This document shows positions 15,508-24,643 of a stretch of DNA of 64,000 nucleotides, piece after piece. How positions within the stretch are numbered: position 1 is the stretch's first letter; every line of letters begins with the position of its first letter. Below the pieces are notes generated by a model that saw nothing but the letters and a program-made list of their open reading frames with translations, was not told the DNA's origin and ran no database searches. The position numbers and the translations under genes were made by a program. This stretch comes from a phage, in sequence record PX969468.1; one strand, given 5' to 3'.

Positions 15508-16390
15508 TAATTTGTAGCTCTCGTAAAACCTCCCTAATTGCGGGGAAATCTTTATTATTGACACCACCAACCTGTTATGGTAACATGATAGAGGCTTCGA
15601 AGAGAGATCGAAGGTATGGTAACAGTGTGTTGATTTAGATAATCCGCAGCGAAGCATCCGAGAGGATGAACGTTCAACGACTAGTCGAAAGACGTAGAAT
15701 CAAGCGATTCGAAACGGGAGGGTGAATGTGTAATACTAAAAAATGTATGGATTGCCAAAGAGTTCTACCTCTTGATGATTTCTTTTTATCATCTAAGAGC
15801 CAGGATGGATACTCAGGTACATGCAAGGAATGCTATATGTACTACAGGAAGAATGGATCTCGTAGAAACAAAAATATGGTTAAGAGAGATGATGCAGCAT
15901 CTTTTATTCAAGACTTACTGAAGAAAGGTGAGCTTTTTGAATGTAAATCTTGTCATGAAAGTATGCTTGCTGATAGTTTTTACACAAAACGCGACTATGG
16001 TAAAGTGTATCTAGTCACGAACAGGTGTAAGATGTGTGAAAAGTTTTATCAGATTGAGAAGAAATTTCACATAACAAAAGATGAATACTATCGTCTACTC
16101 TCAGATCAAGATCATAAGTGTGCAATCTGTAGAATATCTCTTGATGAGTATAAGACTCAAGGATATAGAGATTTCTTTTGTGTTGATCATGACCATAAAA
16201 CTGGTGCTGTAAGAGGGTTGCTTTGTGATAAATGCAACAGGGCTTTAGGTTTCTTCCAAGAGGATGAGGAAACCATTCTTAGAGCGGCAGAGTATTTACA
16301 CATTCATAAGATATAGTCTGGTCTGCATGGAGACATGCAGCTGCCTGAAAATGGCGGGGCAAGACTAGCGACCTTGCCCGAACATAAACG
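15508..16390 (+). mobile_element. group I-like intron carrying an HNH endonuclease gene, inserted in the terminase large-subunit gene
   Basis: P/Q/R-like core elements AATTGCGGGGA (15536..15546), AATCCGCAGC (15641..15650), GTTCAACGACTAG (15672..15684); possible guide GCTCTC (15517..15522) pairing with exon end GAGGGT; ends in G; 3' boundary could be 16387 or 16390. Confidence 0.55.
15726..16316 (+). CDS. HNH homing endonuclease (intron-encoded)
   Basis: 196 codons; GGGAGGG RBS; several CxxC pairs and HNH core CVDHDHKTGAVRGLLCDKCNRALG. Confidence 0.7.
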   Translation: MCNTKKCMDCQRVLPLDDFFLSSKSQDGYSGTCKECYMYYRKNGSRRNKNMVKRDDAASFIQDLLKKGELFECKSCHESMLADSFYTKRDYGKVYLVTNRCKMCEKFYQIEKKFHITKDEYYRLLSDQDHKCAICRISLDEYKTQGYRDFFCVDHDHKTGAVRGLLCDKCNRALGFFQEDEETILRAAEYLHIHKI

Positions 16391-17512
16391 ACGCAATTCG
16401 AATGGGAGCAGATAGACTATTTGATGTCTCGTCTGCGATCTCAGTCAAAGTATCCATCAAGAATGGTTATCAGCTGTAACCCCGACTCAGAACACATGCT
16501 TGCCAAACTGGTTAGGTGGTGGTTGGACGATGAAGGGTATCCAGATCCGGAGAAATGCGGTAAGAAAAGATATTTTATCCGACGCGACGGGGAATTTATC
16601 TGGGGAGATTCTAAAGAAGAGTTGATAGAGAAATACACCACGGTTAACGGACTTGGCGTAGAGATCAAGCCAAGACCGTTGTCATTCTCGTTCATAGGCG
16701 CAACAATATTCGATAATCCTGTCTGTTTGAGAGACAACCCAGAATACCTTGCTTTCCTCGAAGGTCTACCAGAGCTGGAAAAAGCTCAGCTTCTCCATGG
16801 TAACTGGTTTGCAAAGCCTGAGGGTGCAAACTATTTTCAAAGATCTTTCCTTCGTGATGCCGATAGAGTACCTCTTGGGTCAGTATCTTGCAGGGCATGG
16901 GATAAGGCAGGAACCGAGAGAACTTCCGGTAATAAATTTCCTGACTTTACTGCCAGTATTAAGGTAAGTAAAGATAGCGACGGATTTTATTACCTGTCCG
17001 GTGATTATTGTCCTGAGAACGTGGATGACGGGAGGTATTCCACAGGTCTGGAAGGCAAGTTCTGTAAAAAGGCTGGTGAACGAGATGTGATCATCAGGAA
17101 ACAGGCGCAGTTCGATGGTGATGATTGCATAATCGTCTTCTCTGTGGACCCAGGGCAGGCAGGTAAGAGTGAGTTCTTAACCTCCTCCAGATCCTTGCTT
17201 GCCGAAGGGTTCAGGGTTGAAGAAGACCCAATGCCTTCCAACAAGTCTAAACTGACAAGGTTCTCACCTTTTGCCAATCTTGCCCAACAAGGAATGGTGA
17301 GGATTGTAAAATCCAGTTTCCATCCTGATACTCTGGAAGCATTTCTGACTGAACTTGAAAAATTCAACGGGGAAAGATCAACATTTAACAGAAAAGACGA
17401 CTGGGCCGACTGCGTAGCTTCTGCGATTAATTTCCTGGAGAAAGAGGAGGTAGCACTTCCTTGTGTGATTCCATCAATCTCATCACCTTCTATGTTCAAG
17501 CGTTTTATCTAA
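16391..17512 (+). CDS. terminase large subunit, exon 2 (nuclease domain)
   Basis: in-frame continuation TQFEWEQIDYLMSRLRS without convincing start/RBS; joins exon 1 as ...VCFDEG|TQFEW... Confidence 0.55.
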   Translation, partial: TQFEWEQIDYLMSRLRSQSKYPSRMVISCNPDSEHMLAKLVRWWLDDEGYPDPEKCGKKRYFIRRDGEFIWGDSKEELIEKYTTVNGLGVEIKPRPLSFSFIGATIFDNPVCLRDNPEYLAFLEGLPELEKAQLLHGNWFAKPEGANYFQRSFLRDADRVPLGSVSCRAWDKAGTERTSGNKFPDFTASIKVSKDSDGFYYLSGDYCPENVDDGRYSTGLEGKFCKKAGERDVIIRKQAQFDGDDCIIVFSVDPGQAGKSEFLTSSRSLLAEGFRVEEDPMPSNKSKLTRFSPFANLAQQGMVRIVKSSFHPDTLEAFLTELEKFNGERSTFNRKDDWADCVASAINFLEKEEVALPCVIPSISSPSMFKRFI

Positions 17513-17523
17513 GTGTTGCCAAT

Positions 17524-17552
17524 CTTAATTAGATGTGGTACAATAAAGTAAT
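17524..17552 (+). promoter_or_regulatory. sigma70-like promoter TTGCCA-17-TACAAT with TG extension
   Basis: read directly upstream of portal gene. Confidence 0.45.
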
Positions 17553-17570
17553 TGGAGATACTAGCCCTCT

Positions 17571-17596
17571 GACGAGGGCTATTTTGTTATACTGTT
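17571..17596 (+). terminator. terminator-like hairpin AGCCCTC-TGAC-GAGGGCT + ATTTTGTT in portal leader
   Basis: perfect 7-bp stem and T-rich tail, located between the promoter-like site and the portal start. Confidence 0.45.
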
Positions 17597-17612
17597 TTGA
17601 GGGGTAAAGCTT

Positions 17613-19169
17613 GTGTCCAAAAAGAACCGCAGGAAACACAACGCCACAGCCAAAACTGTGAATAAATCTGGGAACGCAGGCGCACCAACTCATAATGTTC
17701 GTATGAGTGAGATCGGTTCTGGCGCACTTTCCCAAATTATGGCAGAATCGCAATCTATGATGGTTGAGGAATTGCGTTGGCCTCAGCTGATTGCCACAGT
17801 GGAGACTATGAAATGTGATTCCACAGTTGCTACTGCCTTAGATACAAAATATGTTTTCATCACGAAAGCATTCAATGATTTTAAGATCCTTTATAATGTT
17901 AAAAGTGAAGACTCTAAGAAAGCTGCCGAGCTTATAGAGTATTCTTTGCGTAATTTGGCAAACCAACAAACTCTTCGAGATATTGCAAGAAGCGCAGCTA
18001 CCTTTAACGAGTATGGTTTTTCACTGTTTGAGAAAGTATACCGCAGAGAGAAAGAAGGTAAATACGCCGGGATGCTTCTTATTGATAAAATTGCATTCCG
18101 ACCTCAGGCCAGTTTGTCCAGATCAGAGCCGTTTGTCTTTGACAAGAATAGTAGAACACTGACAGGTATTTATCAATCACCTAATGCATTTCTAAACACG
18201 CAGAATGCACGCTGGGCTGGTCCTCTTGCTGCAATGCCTTCAAAAGGCTTTAATGAGCCTGAAATTTTCATCCCTGCTAAAAAGCTTATGCTCATGACTC
18301 TGTCAGGAACAGAATCTAACCCTGCAGGTGTGTCACCAATGATAGGTTGCTACAGATCTTTCCGTGAGAAAGTCTTGATTGAAAACCTTGAGGTAGTTGG
18401 CTGCTCCAAAGACCTTGGTGGTGTGCTTGAGCTGAAAATTCCTTCCAATATTCTGAACAAGGCCAGCATTGACCCGAATTCAATGGAAGGGAGAATGGTT
18501 GCAGATCTTATGCTTGACGCAGCAAATGCCCATAGTGGGGAGCAAAGTTTCTTTATACTTCCGTCTGATAGAGATAAGTCTGGTAAAGAGCTTTACTCCA
18601 TGACCCTGAAGGGGGTTGATGGTATGGGCAAGCAGTATTCGACTAAAGATTTGATTGATGCCCGTAAGAAGGCGATTCTTGACCGTTTCGGTGCTGGCTT
18701 TATTAACCTCGGTAACGATAACGTTGGATCCTTCTCTCTGTCTGAGTCAAAACAGTCTATCCATGGTCATTTTGTTCAGCGTGATATAGATATTATCACT
18801 GAAGCCTTCAATAAGGATCTTATTCCACAGCTTCTGGCATTGAATGGTATCATCCTTGAAGATGATGATATGCCTAAACTGAAACCTGGTCTGATTGAAG
18901 AGGTGGACATGGAGAGCTTCTCCAAATTTGTCCAGAGGATCGGTGCTGTAGGTTACTTGCCAAAAACTCCTGCAGTAATTAATAAGATTCTTGAAGTAGG
19001 CGGGTTTGATGAAAGATTTGACGAGGACATGGATCAGGAAGAGCTGATGAAGCTCTTGGGCCAGGATATCAGTAGGGCTGGTGATGGAATGGCTGCAGGA
19101 TCCACTGGTAACGGCACTTCTAAGATGTCATCAACCAGAGATAATTCCATATCCAACATGGAAAATTAA
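17613..19169 (+). CDS. portal protein (probable)
   Basis: 518 codons, GTG start with GAGGGG RBS; position directly after terminase; size in portal range. Confidence 0.55.
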   Translation: MSKKNRRKHNATAKTVNKSGNAGAPTHNVRMSEIGSGALSQIMAESQSMMVEELRWPQLIATVETMKCDSTVATALDTKYVFITKAFNDFKILYNVKSEDSKKAAELIEYSLRNLANQQTLRDIARSAATFNEYGFSLFEKVYRREKEGKYAGMLLIDKIAFRPQASLSRSEPFVFDKNSRTLTGIYQSPNAFLNTQNARWAGPLAAMPSKGFNEPEIFIPAKKLMLMTLSGTESNPAGVSPMIGCYRSFREKVLIENLEVVGCSKDLGGVLELKIPSNILNKASIDPNSMEGRMVADLMLDAANAHSGEQSFFILPSDRDKSGKELYSMTLKGVDGMGKQYSTKDLIDARKKAILDRFGAGFINLGNDNVGSFSLSESKQSIHGHFVQRDIDIITEAFNKDLIPQLLALNGIILEDDDMPKLKPGLIEEVDMESFSKFVQRIGAVGYLPKTPAVINKILEVGGFDERFDEDMDQEELMKLLGQDISRAGDGMAAGSTGNGTSKMSSTRDNSISNMEN

Positions 19170-19188
19170 AAATTATCAACACAGGGGG

Positions 19189-19217
19189 TTGCAAAACCTC
19201 CTTTGGCGTGATAAAAT
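19189..19217 (+). promoter_or_regulatory. sigma70-like promoter TTGCAA-17-TAAAAT with TG extension
   Basis: read directly. Confidence 0.5.
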
Positions 19218-19236
19218 AATCCACATGGGGAATAAG

Positions 19237-19656
19237 ATGCCACAGGAAGAAATGATTTCCTACGAAATCATCTACGAGCCTGACACTAAAGATGCTCACG
19301 GTGAGTGGATGAGTAAAGACACCATCAAAAAGGCTAAAGATAACTGGGACGCAGCATACGCCGCAGGCCTAGTTTCTGAAAACCTTTTTCACTTGACCTC
19401 TACAGATGCTTTCACTATTGAAAAGACGTGGATTCAAGAAGAGTTTGATGTTGTAGTAATTGGCACTGAGCAGGTCATCAAGGCTGGCTCTTGGGTTGCT
19501 AAAGTTAAATACAATAATCCTGAACTATGGGAAGCTAAGAAGGCTGGCATTGTTGGTGGCCTAAGCATTCAGGCAACAGGTAATGTTGATGAAGAAACTG
19601 GTGAAATTACCAACGTAAACTTCGGGATCAGTGTTGTAGAAGAGGGCAATGAATAA
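19237..19656 (+). CDS. head morphogenesis protein, possible prohead protease-like
   Basis: 139 codons from Met with GGGGA RBS (track ORF begins inside portal); position between portal and scaffold; weak GLSIQ motif. Confidence 0.3.
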   Translation: MPQEEMISYEIIYEPDTKDAHGEWMSKDTIKKAKDNWDAAYAAGLVSENLFHLTSTDAFTIEKTWIQEEFDVVVIGTEQVIKAGSWVAKVKYNNPELWEAKKAGIVGGLSIQATGNVDEETGEITNVNFGISVVEEGNE

Positions 19657-20633
19657 TGTCTGAAAAAACGATTACTATTAAAGAGAAGGGGATTGCCCTG
19701 TGCCATAAGGCGCAAGGCTATAGCGCTAACAACAGACCTGTATCTCTTTTGATGAAGAGTGATCTTAAGCCTGAGCAGTTAACAGACGACATTGTTAAGG
19801 CACTTCGCCAAGTTACTGTGGAGCTTAGTTTTGAAGAATACCTGCGTCGTTTCTTCGATATGTGGTATGATGATGCTAAAGCACTTGCACACATGCTTGG
19901 TTTTGAGATTGAAGAGGAGGCTTGGGCTAAAGAGCATCCTGATTGGGAATGGGCGCAAGCTGACGCAGAGTCTTGTATTGCATGGCTGGAAGAGCGTTGT
20001 GATAACGTGACCATTCATAAAGCTGCAAAAGAAGGCAAACAGCTTAGTGTGGTAGATCAATACAGCCTGTTAAAAACACAACAGATTTTTGAACAAGTAA
20101 CCGCTGATCTCTTCGATAAAGAAGGGAACCTGATCAAGGCGGTACAGGAACCTGCTGAGGTGGATAAAACTACCGAGGTGGATGATGTTGCAAAATCCGC
20201 AAATACCGAGGAGAATCCGGTGGACGTAACCAAAACTAAAGAGTATCTGGATCTGCTGAAGCAAGTAGAAGAGCTGAAAGCAACCCAGAGTAAAGCTGAA
20301 GAAATCATCAAGGCCCAGGTTGAAGTTGAAAAAGCTAAAATGCTGACTAAGGCTCAAGCTTTAAGCTTTGTTGGTGAAGAAGATCACGCAACCCTGGTTG
20401 ACTTCATGCTGGAAAAAGCTAACGAACCTATCGTAGCTATGCTGGAGAAAGCTCAAGCAAAAATTGAAGAGCTGGAAGCAGAGGTGCATAAAACTAAAGA
20501 AGAGTTTGCCACCACTGAACATGGTAATGATGGCGAACCTGTTGTGGATGATATTGCAAAATCCGCAGAAGAAATTCTTGCTGAAAACGTTGCAAAAGCA
20601 CTTGCTCGTGCACGTGCAGAATCTGCCAAATAA
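19656..20633 (+). CDS. scaffolding protein (probable)
   Basis: 325 codons; highly charged, alanine/glutamate/lysine-rich, coiled-coil-like; immediately upstream of decoration and capsid genes. Confidence 0.5.
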   Translation: MSEKTITIKEKGIALCHKAQGYSANNRPVSLLMKSDLKPEQLTDDIVKALRQVTVELSFEEYLRRFFDMWYDDAKALAHMLGFEIEEEAWAKEHPDWEWAQADAESCIAWLEERCDNVTIHKAAKEGKQLSVVDQYSLLKTQQIFEQVTADLFDKEGNLIKAVQEPAEVDKTTEVDDVAKSANTEENPVDVTKTKEYLDLLKQVEELKATQSKAEEIIKAQVEVEKAKMLTKAQALSFVGEEDHATLVDFMLEKANEPIVAMLEKAQAKIEELEAEVHKTKEEFATTEHGNDGEPVVDDIAKSAEEILAENVAKALARARAESAK

Positions 20634-20653
20634 GACATTAACGGGGGAAATAA

Positions 20654-21043
20654 ATGATTACCGCTCAATATTCTGATATCGTGCTCGGCAAAGTTGATTC
20701 TAGCGATGCTGGCTACAATTTTAAAGAGATGGAAATTACACTGACAGAGCACCATCATGCTGGTACTGTTGTAACAAAAACTGGCACTATCGCTAACGAT
20801 GATGGCTCAGACGTTTATGGTGTTCTCGTAGACCGAGCTCTGGTAAAAGATGCAGGAAAAGTTCATCTCGCTGAGCCTCTGCAAACAGGTCAGAAATATA
20901 AACTGGTTGTTGCAGTTCACGGTGTTACCTTTGCAAAAGATAAGCTGCTGGGGTCTAACGGTGAAGCAGCTAAGCAGGCTGTTCTTGAAAAGCTGGAAGC
21001 TCTGGGTAACAAAGTTCACGTCCAGACTCTTGGTGAAGAGTAA
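20654..21043 (+). CDS. head decoration-like protein
   Basis: 129 codons; position immediately before the major capsid gene as in lambda D-E arrangement. Confidence 0.4.
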   Translation: MITAQYSDIVLGKVDSSDAGYNFKEMEITLTEHHHAGTVVTKTGTIANDDGSDVYGVLVDRALVKDAGKVHLAEPLQTGQKYKLVVAVHGVTFAKDKLLGSNGEAAKQAVLEKLEALGNKVHVQTLGEE

Positions 21044-21091
21044 GCCCTAAATTGTTCGGGAAAATATTTAAGTTTTACTTTGGAGAAATAA

Positions 21092-22102
21092 ATGATTACT
21101 CGTAAAGATGAATTTGGCATTGTCGATTTAGGTGCTACTCTGGACCTTGTTCCGCGTCAATTTCGCCTGATTACCGGTATGGATCTGTTCGAAACTCGTC
21201 TCGGCACCTCAACAATTGCTCAGATTGAACGTGTTGATGAAGTTGTAACCGACATTCCGGCACGCCGTCGTGGTGGTGAGCGTAACTACGTGGGTAGTGA
21301 ACGTGCTCAGGTTAAAAACCTGAACATCCCGTTCTTCCCTCTGGACAAAGGCATCACCGCAGCAGATGTTCAGAACTTCCGTCGTTACTTCACCCCTGAT
21401 GCTCCGAAAACTGTTCAGGACGTAGTAACCCGCGTTGTTCGCCGTATCCGTGTTTCTCATGAAGCACTGCGTGAGAAAGCACTGTTCCAGGCTATTCTGG
21501 GTAAATCCTATGCGCCTGGTGACACAACCTGTCAGTATGACTACTACACTCTGTGGGGTGTGTCTCAGAAGTCTGTTGAGATTGACCCTGCAAAAGCAGA
21601 TCAGGATCCGATGGAGGTTCTGGAAGAAGCTCGTCTGCACATCGCGCTGCAAGCTGGCGATAACGCAGCTGGCTATCGTATTGTAGCCCTGTGCTCACCA
21701 GAGTTCTTCAGTGCTATTACCCATCACCCTCTGGTAGAACTGGCATACACCTATTACGGCTCTGCTCAGGAACCTCTGCGTCGCCGTCTGGGTGCTGGCG
21801 GTCAAGACAGCGTATACCGTGTGTTTGAGCATAAAGGTATCACCTTTATCGAAGATATCTCTGGCAATATTCCTAAGAAAGAAGCTCGCATTCTGCCGAT
21901 GGGTATTGATCAGATGTTCCAGCTGCACTTTGCTCCGGCAGACGATGTTAACGAAGCAAACACCCCAGCACAGGAACTGTACATGTGGTATAAACACTCT
22001 GCATACCTGCGTGAAGAGAAGATTGAATCTGAAACTTCTATGCTGGCAGTTAACACCCGTCCAGAGCTGGTTGTTAAAGTAACTCTGAAAAACGGTGACT
22101 AA
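21092..22102 (+). CDS. major capsid protein (probable)
   Basis: 336 codons; follows scaffold and decoration genes; strong terminator follows. Confidence 0.6.
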   Translation: MITRKDEFGIVDLGATLDLVPRQFRLITGMDLFETRLGTSTIAQIERVDEVVTDIPARRRGGERNYVGSERAQVKNLNIPFFPLDKGITAADVQNFRRYFTPDAPKTVQDVVTRVVRRIRVSHEALREKALFQAILGKSYAPGDTTCQYDYYTLWGVSQKSVEIDPAKADQDPMEVLEEARLHIALQAGDNAAGYRIVALCSPEFFSAITHHPLVELAYTYYGSAQEPLRRRLGAGGQDSVYRVFEHKGITFIEDISGNIPKKEARILPMGIDQMFQLHFAPADDVNEANTPAQELYMWYKHSAYLREEKIESETSMLAVNTRPELVVKVTLKNGD

Positions 22103-22126
22103 TCACTAAGGTGATTCATCCCATAC

Positions 22127-22155
22127 GGGGAGGGGGTTCTCCCCTCCCCTTTTTA
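22127..22155 (+). terminator. strong rho-independent terminator after capsid gene
   Basis: stem GGGGAGGGGG/CCCCTCCCC with 4-nt loop then TTTTT. Confidence 0.7.
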
Positions 22156-22182
22156 TTTATTAGGGTTTAACAGGAGTGTCCC

Positions 22183-23010
22183 GTGAAGAGAGCCGTATAT
22201 CCAGTTGAGTATGATCCTCTATTAAGAGTTTTCAACAATCAGTTAAGTTTTTATCAATTTTTAGCACAATATAACCCAGAAATCAATGTTGGTTTATCAG
22301 CCCTGCTGCCACCAACAGAATTCGTTATTGGCAGTGTTCACTATCCATGCAGAACGATTGTAGACTTCTTCGAGAAGATTGCAAAACATACAGGCCTGCC
22401 AATTGATACTGGTATTTCAACTATCCGTATGGGTGTTATTCTTCTGTTCTTCACAGAAAACCTTGATGAAAGCACTTTAACACTGCAAAGCGGGGATGTC
22501 AATATCACACTCACTCCGTCAGTGTTTAAAGAGGTAGATGCTGCTTTCCAAGTTTCCGTGGCAGAGGGCCATTTATGGGACCCTGTAGGGATGCCTAAAA
22601 AAGTGACCATAAACGATGAGCAATGCAACATTGTTTATGAAGAAGATACCCAAACTTTCACCATTGAGTGGCCTAAGAAACGTTCTCAGGTTGTAAATCT
22701 TGGACTGGTCTCTACGATAGCTCCACCTCCTGAACCAGAGCCGGAGCCGCCTGTAGGTCCTACTGAACCTAGTGGTGACGGTGAAGTTACTGTAGCAGAT
22801 CCGCAAGATGTGACTGTATCATCTTCCTCATTTGTAGCCATTGAGAATAAGGATGAAATCCTTAAACAGGCCGCAGCTCTTAACAACGAAGATGACAAAA
22901 GTGGTTCAAAAGATGCACTCCAAACCTTCGCTAAAGAGTACGGTGTTACCTTAAGTAAGGCAAAAACTTTCCAAAATATGATGAAAGATTTTGAGGCTGC
23001 ACTGGCATAA
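22183..23010 (+). CDS. structural protein with Pro/Glu-rich linker
   Basis: 275 codons; GTG start with AGGAG RBS; PPPEPEPEPPVGPTEP linker. Confidence 0.45.
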   Translation: MKRAVYPVEYDPLLRVFNNQLSFYQFLAQYNPEINVGLSALLPPTEFVIGSVHYPCRTIVDFFEKIAKHTGLPIDTGISTIRMGVILLFFTENLDESTLTLQSGDVNITLTPSVFKEVDAAFQVSVAEGHLWDPVGMPKKVTINDEQCNIVYEEDTQTFTIEWPKKRSQVVNLGLVSTIAPPPEPEPEPPVGPTEPSGDGEVTVADPQDVTVSSSSFVAIENKDEILKQAAALNNEDDKSGSKDALQTFAKEYGVTLSKAKTFQNMMKDFEAALA

Positions 23011-23019
23011 TTTTGTTAA

Positions 23020-23056
23020 GGCCCCTTCCAAATCAGGAATGGGGCTTTATTTTTAC
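23020..23056 (+). terminator. terminator-like hairpin
   Basis: stem GCCCC/GGGGC with long loop followed by TTTATTTTT. Confidence 0.4.
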
Positions 23057-23069
23057 GAGGTATTTTCAA

Positions 23070-23690
23070 ATGGCATGGTATGAAGATGAAGAGATTATCC
23101 CGTCACCGCCTAACCATGATGGTGTAGTCGATACCCCAGAAGAGCCACCAAAAGAAGATCCTGTACCTCCAGAACCTGATCCAGACCAACCTCTTATTAA
23201 TATTATGAGGTTGTTGCTCGGCAATGTTGATGAGGAAACTCTCCCTGATGAGGTAATTAAAACATTCCTTGACATGGAGAAGTTGAAACTAAATTATCCG
23301 GCAGATCCTGATAAGCTACCTCTACTTAAATACAATGTGCTTGTGCAACTTGTGCGGTGGCTGATGATGCAGGAAGTGTCCAGCGGTAATGCAAGTATAA
23401 CTTCCCGTCTGGAAAAAATAGGTGATGAGACTATAGAGATTCGTGGTGGGTCTTCCTACGCTCAATGGAAAGATTTCCTTGATTGGCTGCTGGCACACCC
23501 CGACTATGTAGATTCTGAGCTAGATGCTTACAGCAGAATGATTATCATTGGTGGTGTTCGTGTAGATGAAGGAATTCGGGTTAAATTTAATGAAAACAGC
23601 AACGGGCCGTTCGATGTCCAGGGTATTACACCTATCAGTGGTCTAAATAACCAACCTCCTCGCCACCCAAGACGCAAACGCAGTTTTTAA
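23070..23690 (+). CDS. hypothetical structural protein
   Basis: 206 codons from Met after the terminator (track ORF extends upstream through it). Confidence 0.45.
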   Translation: MAWYEDEEIIPSPPNHDGVVDTPEEPPKEDPVPPEPDPDQPLINIMRLLLGNVDEETLPDEVIKTFLDMEKLKLNYPADPDKLPLLKYNVLVQLVRWLMMQEVSSGNASITSRLEKIGDETIEIRGGSSYAQWKDFLDWLLAHPDYVDSELDAYSRMIIIGGVRVDEGIRVKFNENSNGPFDVQGITPISGLNNQPPRHPRRKRSF

Positions 23691-23696
23691 AAATTG

Positions 23697-23725
23697 TTGC
23701 TTTTGATGTATCTTTGTGGTAAAAT
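23697..23725 (+). promoter_or_regulatory. sigma70-like promoter TTGCTT-17-TAAAAT with TGG extension
   Basis: read directly. Confidence 0.45.
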
Positions 23726-23743
23726 ACATTAGTGAGGGATATA

Positions 23744-24202
23744 ATGCTAAAGGTTAAATGTCAAACAAGGTTCAACCTAAAGCGTTTAGATCGCTTCTAC
23801 AAAGAACTTGTGAGACTTGAAAGTAAAACAATAACCTACGGCTTTTATGACGAACCTCACCCGTCAGGCTTAAATATGGCAACATTGGCAGCCATTCACA
23901 ACTTCGGTTGGAACGGGCTGCCTGTTCGCAATTTCATGGAGACAGCCTTTGCATTTCACAGCACTCAACTACAGACCTTGACAGAAAAATTGTTGAGAGC
24001 TATGGCTAGAGGATCAAGTGCAGAGGCTATTCTTAAGCAGATGGGGGACACAGGGGCCAAAGCTATCCAGTTTGTTATTGAGGCTGGTCAGTTTAGTAAC
24101 CCTACTGTTAGTGAGCAGTGGGCACAAGAAAAGGGCTTCAACGAGGCTATGCGGCATTACGATGTGCTGCTTGAATCTGCAACCTTTAAAATTGGACAGT
24201 AA
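23744..24202 (+). CDS. head-tail joining / neck protein (tentative)
   Basis: 152 codons from Met with GAGGG RBS; position between head and tail genes. Confidence 0.35.
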   Translation: MLKVKCQTRFNLKRLDRFYKELVRLESKTITYGFYDEPHPSGLNMATLAAIHNFGWNGLPVRNFMETAFAFHSTQLQTLTEKLLRAMARGSSAEAILKQMGDTGAKAIQFVIEAGQFSNPTVSEQWAQEKGFNEAMRHYDVLLESATFKIGQ

Positions 24203-24217
24203 AAATAAGGGGGTTGA

Positions 24218-24643
24218 GTGGCAGCAGGTTATAAGCTGATAGGAAAGAACAGGCTAATACCTCGTAAAACATTCAAAGGTCGCCACAGAGTGTATAACAA
24301 AACAGTTGGTGGTCCTTTTGCTAACGAGGGGTTAGAACTTAAGTATGAAGAGTTTGATGTCTTAGAGTGTGTTGTGCAGCCGTTGACAGGAAGGGCAGCC
24401 AAAGATTACTCCTCTCAAATAAACCCTGAAGGTGACAGACAGTACGAGGCTTTTACAGTTTACTCCTCAACCAAGTTGTATAGTCCGGATGAAGGAACAT
24501 ATGCAATGGCTGACCAAATTCAGCTGCCCGACATCCGTGGTGACTTGAAATGGTTTACTGTTTTAAAATGCGATGCATATGTTACCTCTGGTGGTGGGAG
24601 ATATAGATTTTTTGTGGTAGAAGAGCCTGAAGGAGAAAACTGA
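24218..24643 (+). CDS. hypothetical structural protein
   Basis: 141 codons; GTG start. Confidence 0.4.
   Translation: MAAGYKLIGKNRLIPRKTFKGRHRVYNKTVGGPFANEGLELKYEEFDVLECVVQPLTGRAAKDYSSQINPEGDRQYEAFTVYSSTKLYSPDEGTYAMADQIQLPDIRGDLKWFTVLKCDAYVTSGGGRYRFFVVEEPEGEN

Noticed and set aside
19081-19236. Upstream extension of the ORF beginning at 19081, overlapping the portal gene end
   Set aside because: The extension has no RBS, overlaps the portal coding region and a promoter-like site, and its translation is Trp-rich and atypical; the start was moved to the Met at 19237, which has a Gly-rich SD-like sequence.
19718-20758. Antisense and alternative-frame ORFs within the scaffold gene region
   Set aside because: Low-complexity Ser/Ala/Leu-rich translations typical of reverse-frame artefacts of a charged helical protein gene.
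22690-22790. Pro/Glu-rich PEPEPEPP tract considered as a nucleotide-level tandem repeat or phase-variable site
   Set aside because: Very short and encodes a typical interdomain linker; no evidence of repeat-number instability.
23013-23069. Upstream extension of the 23013..23690 ORF
   Set aside because: It runs through a terminator hairpin; the Met at 23070 (MAWYEDEE) after the terminator is the more plausible start.
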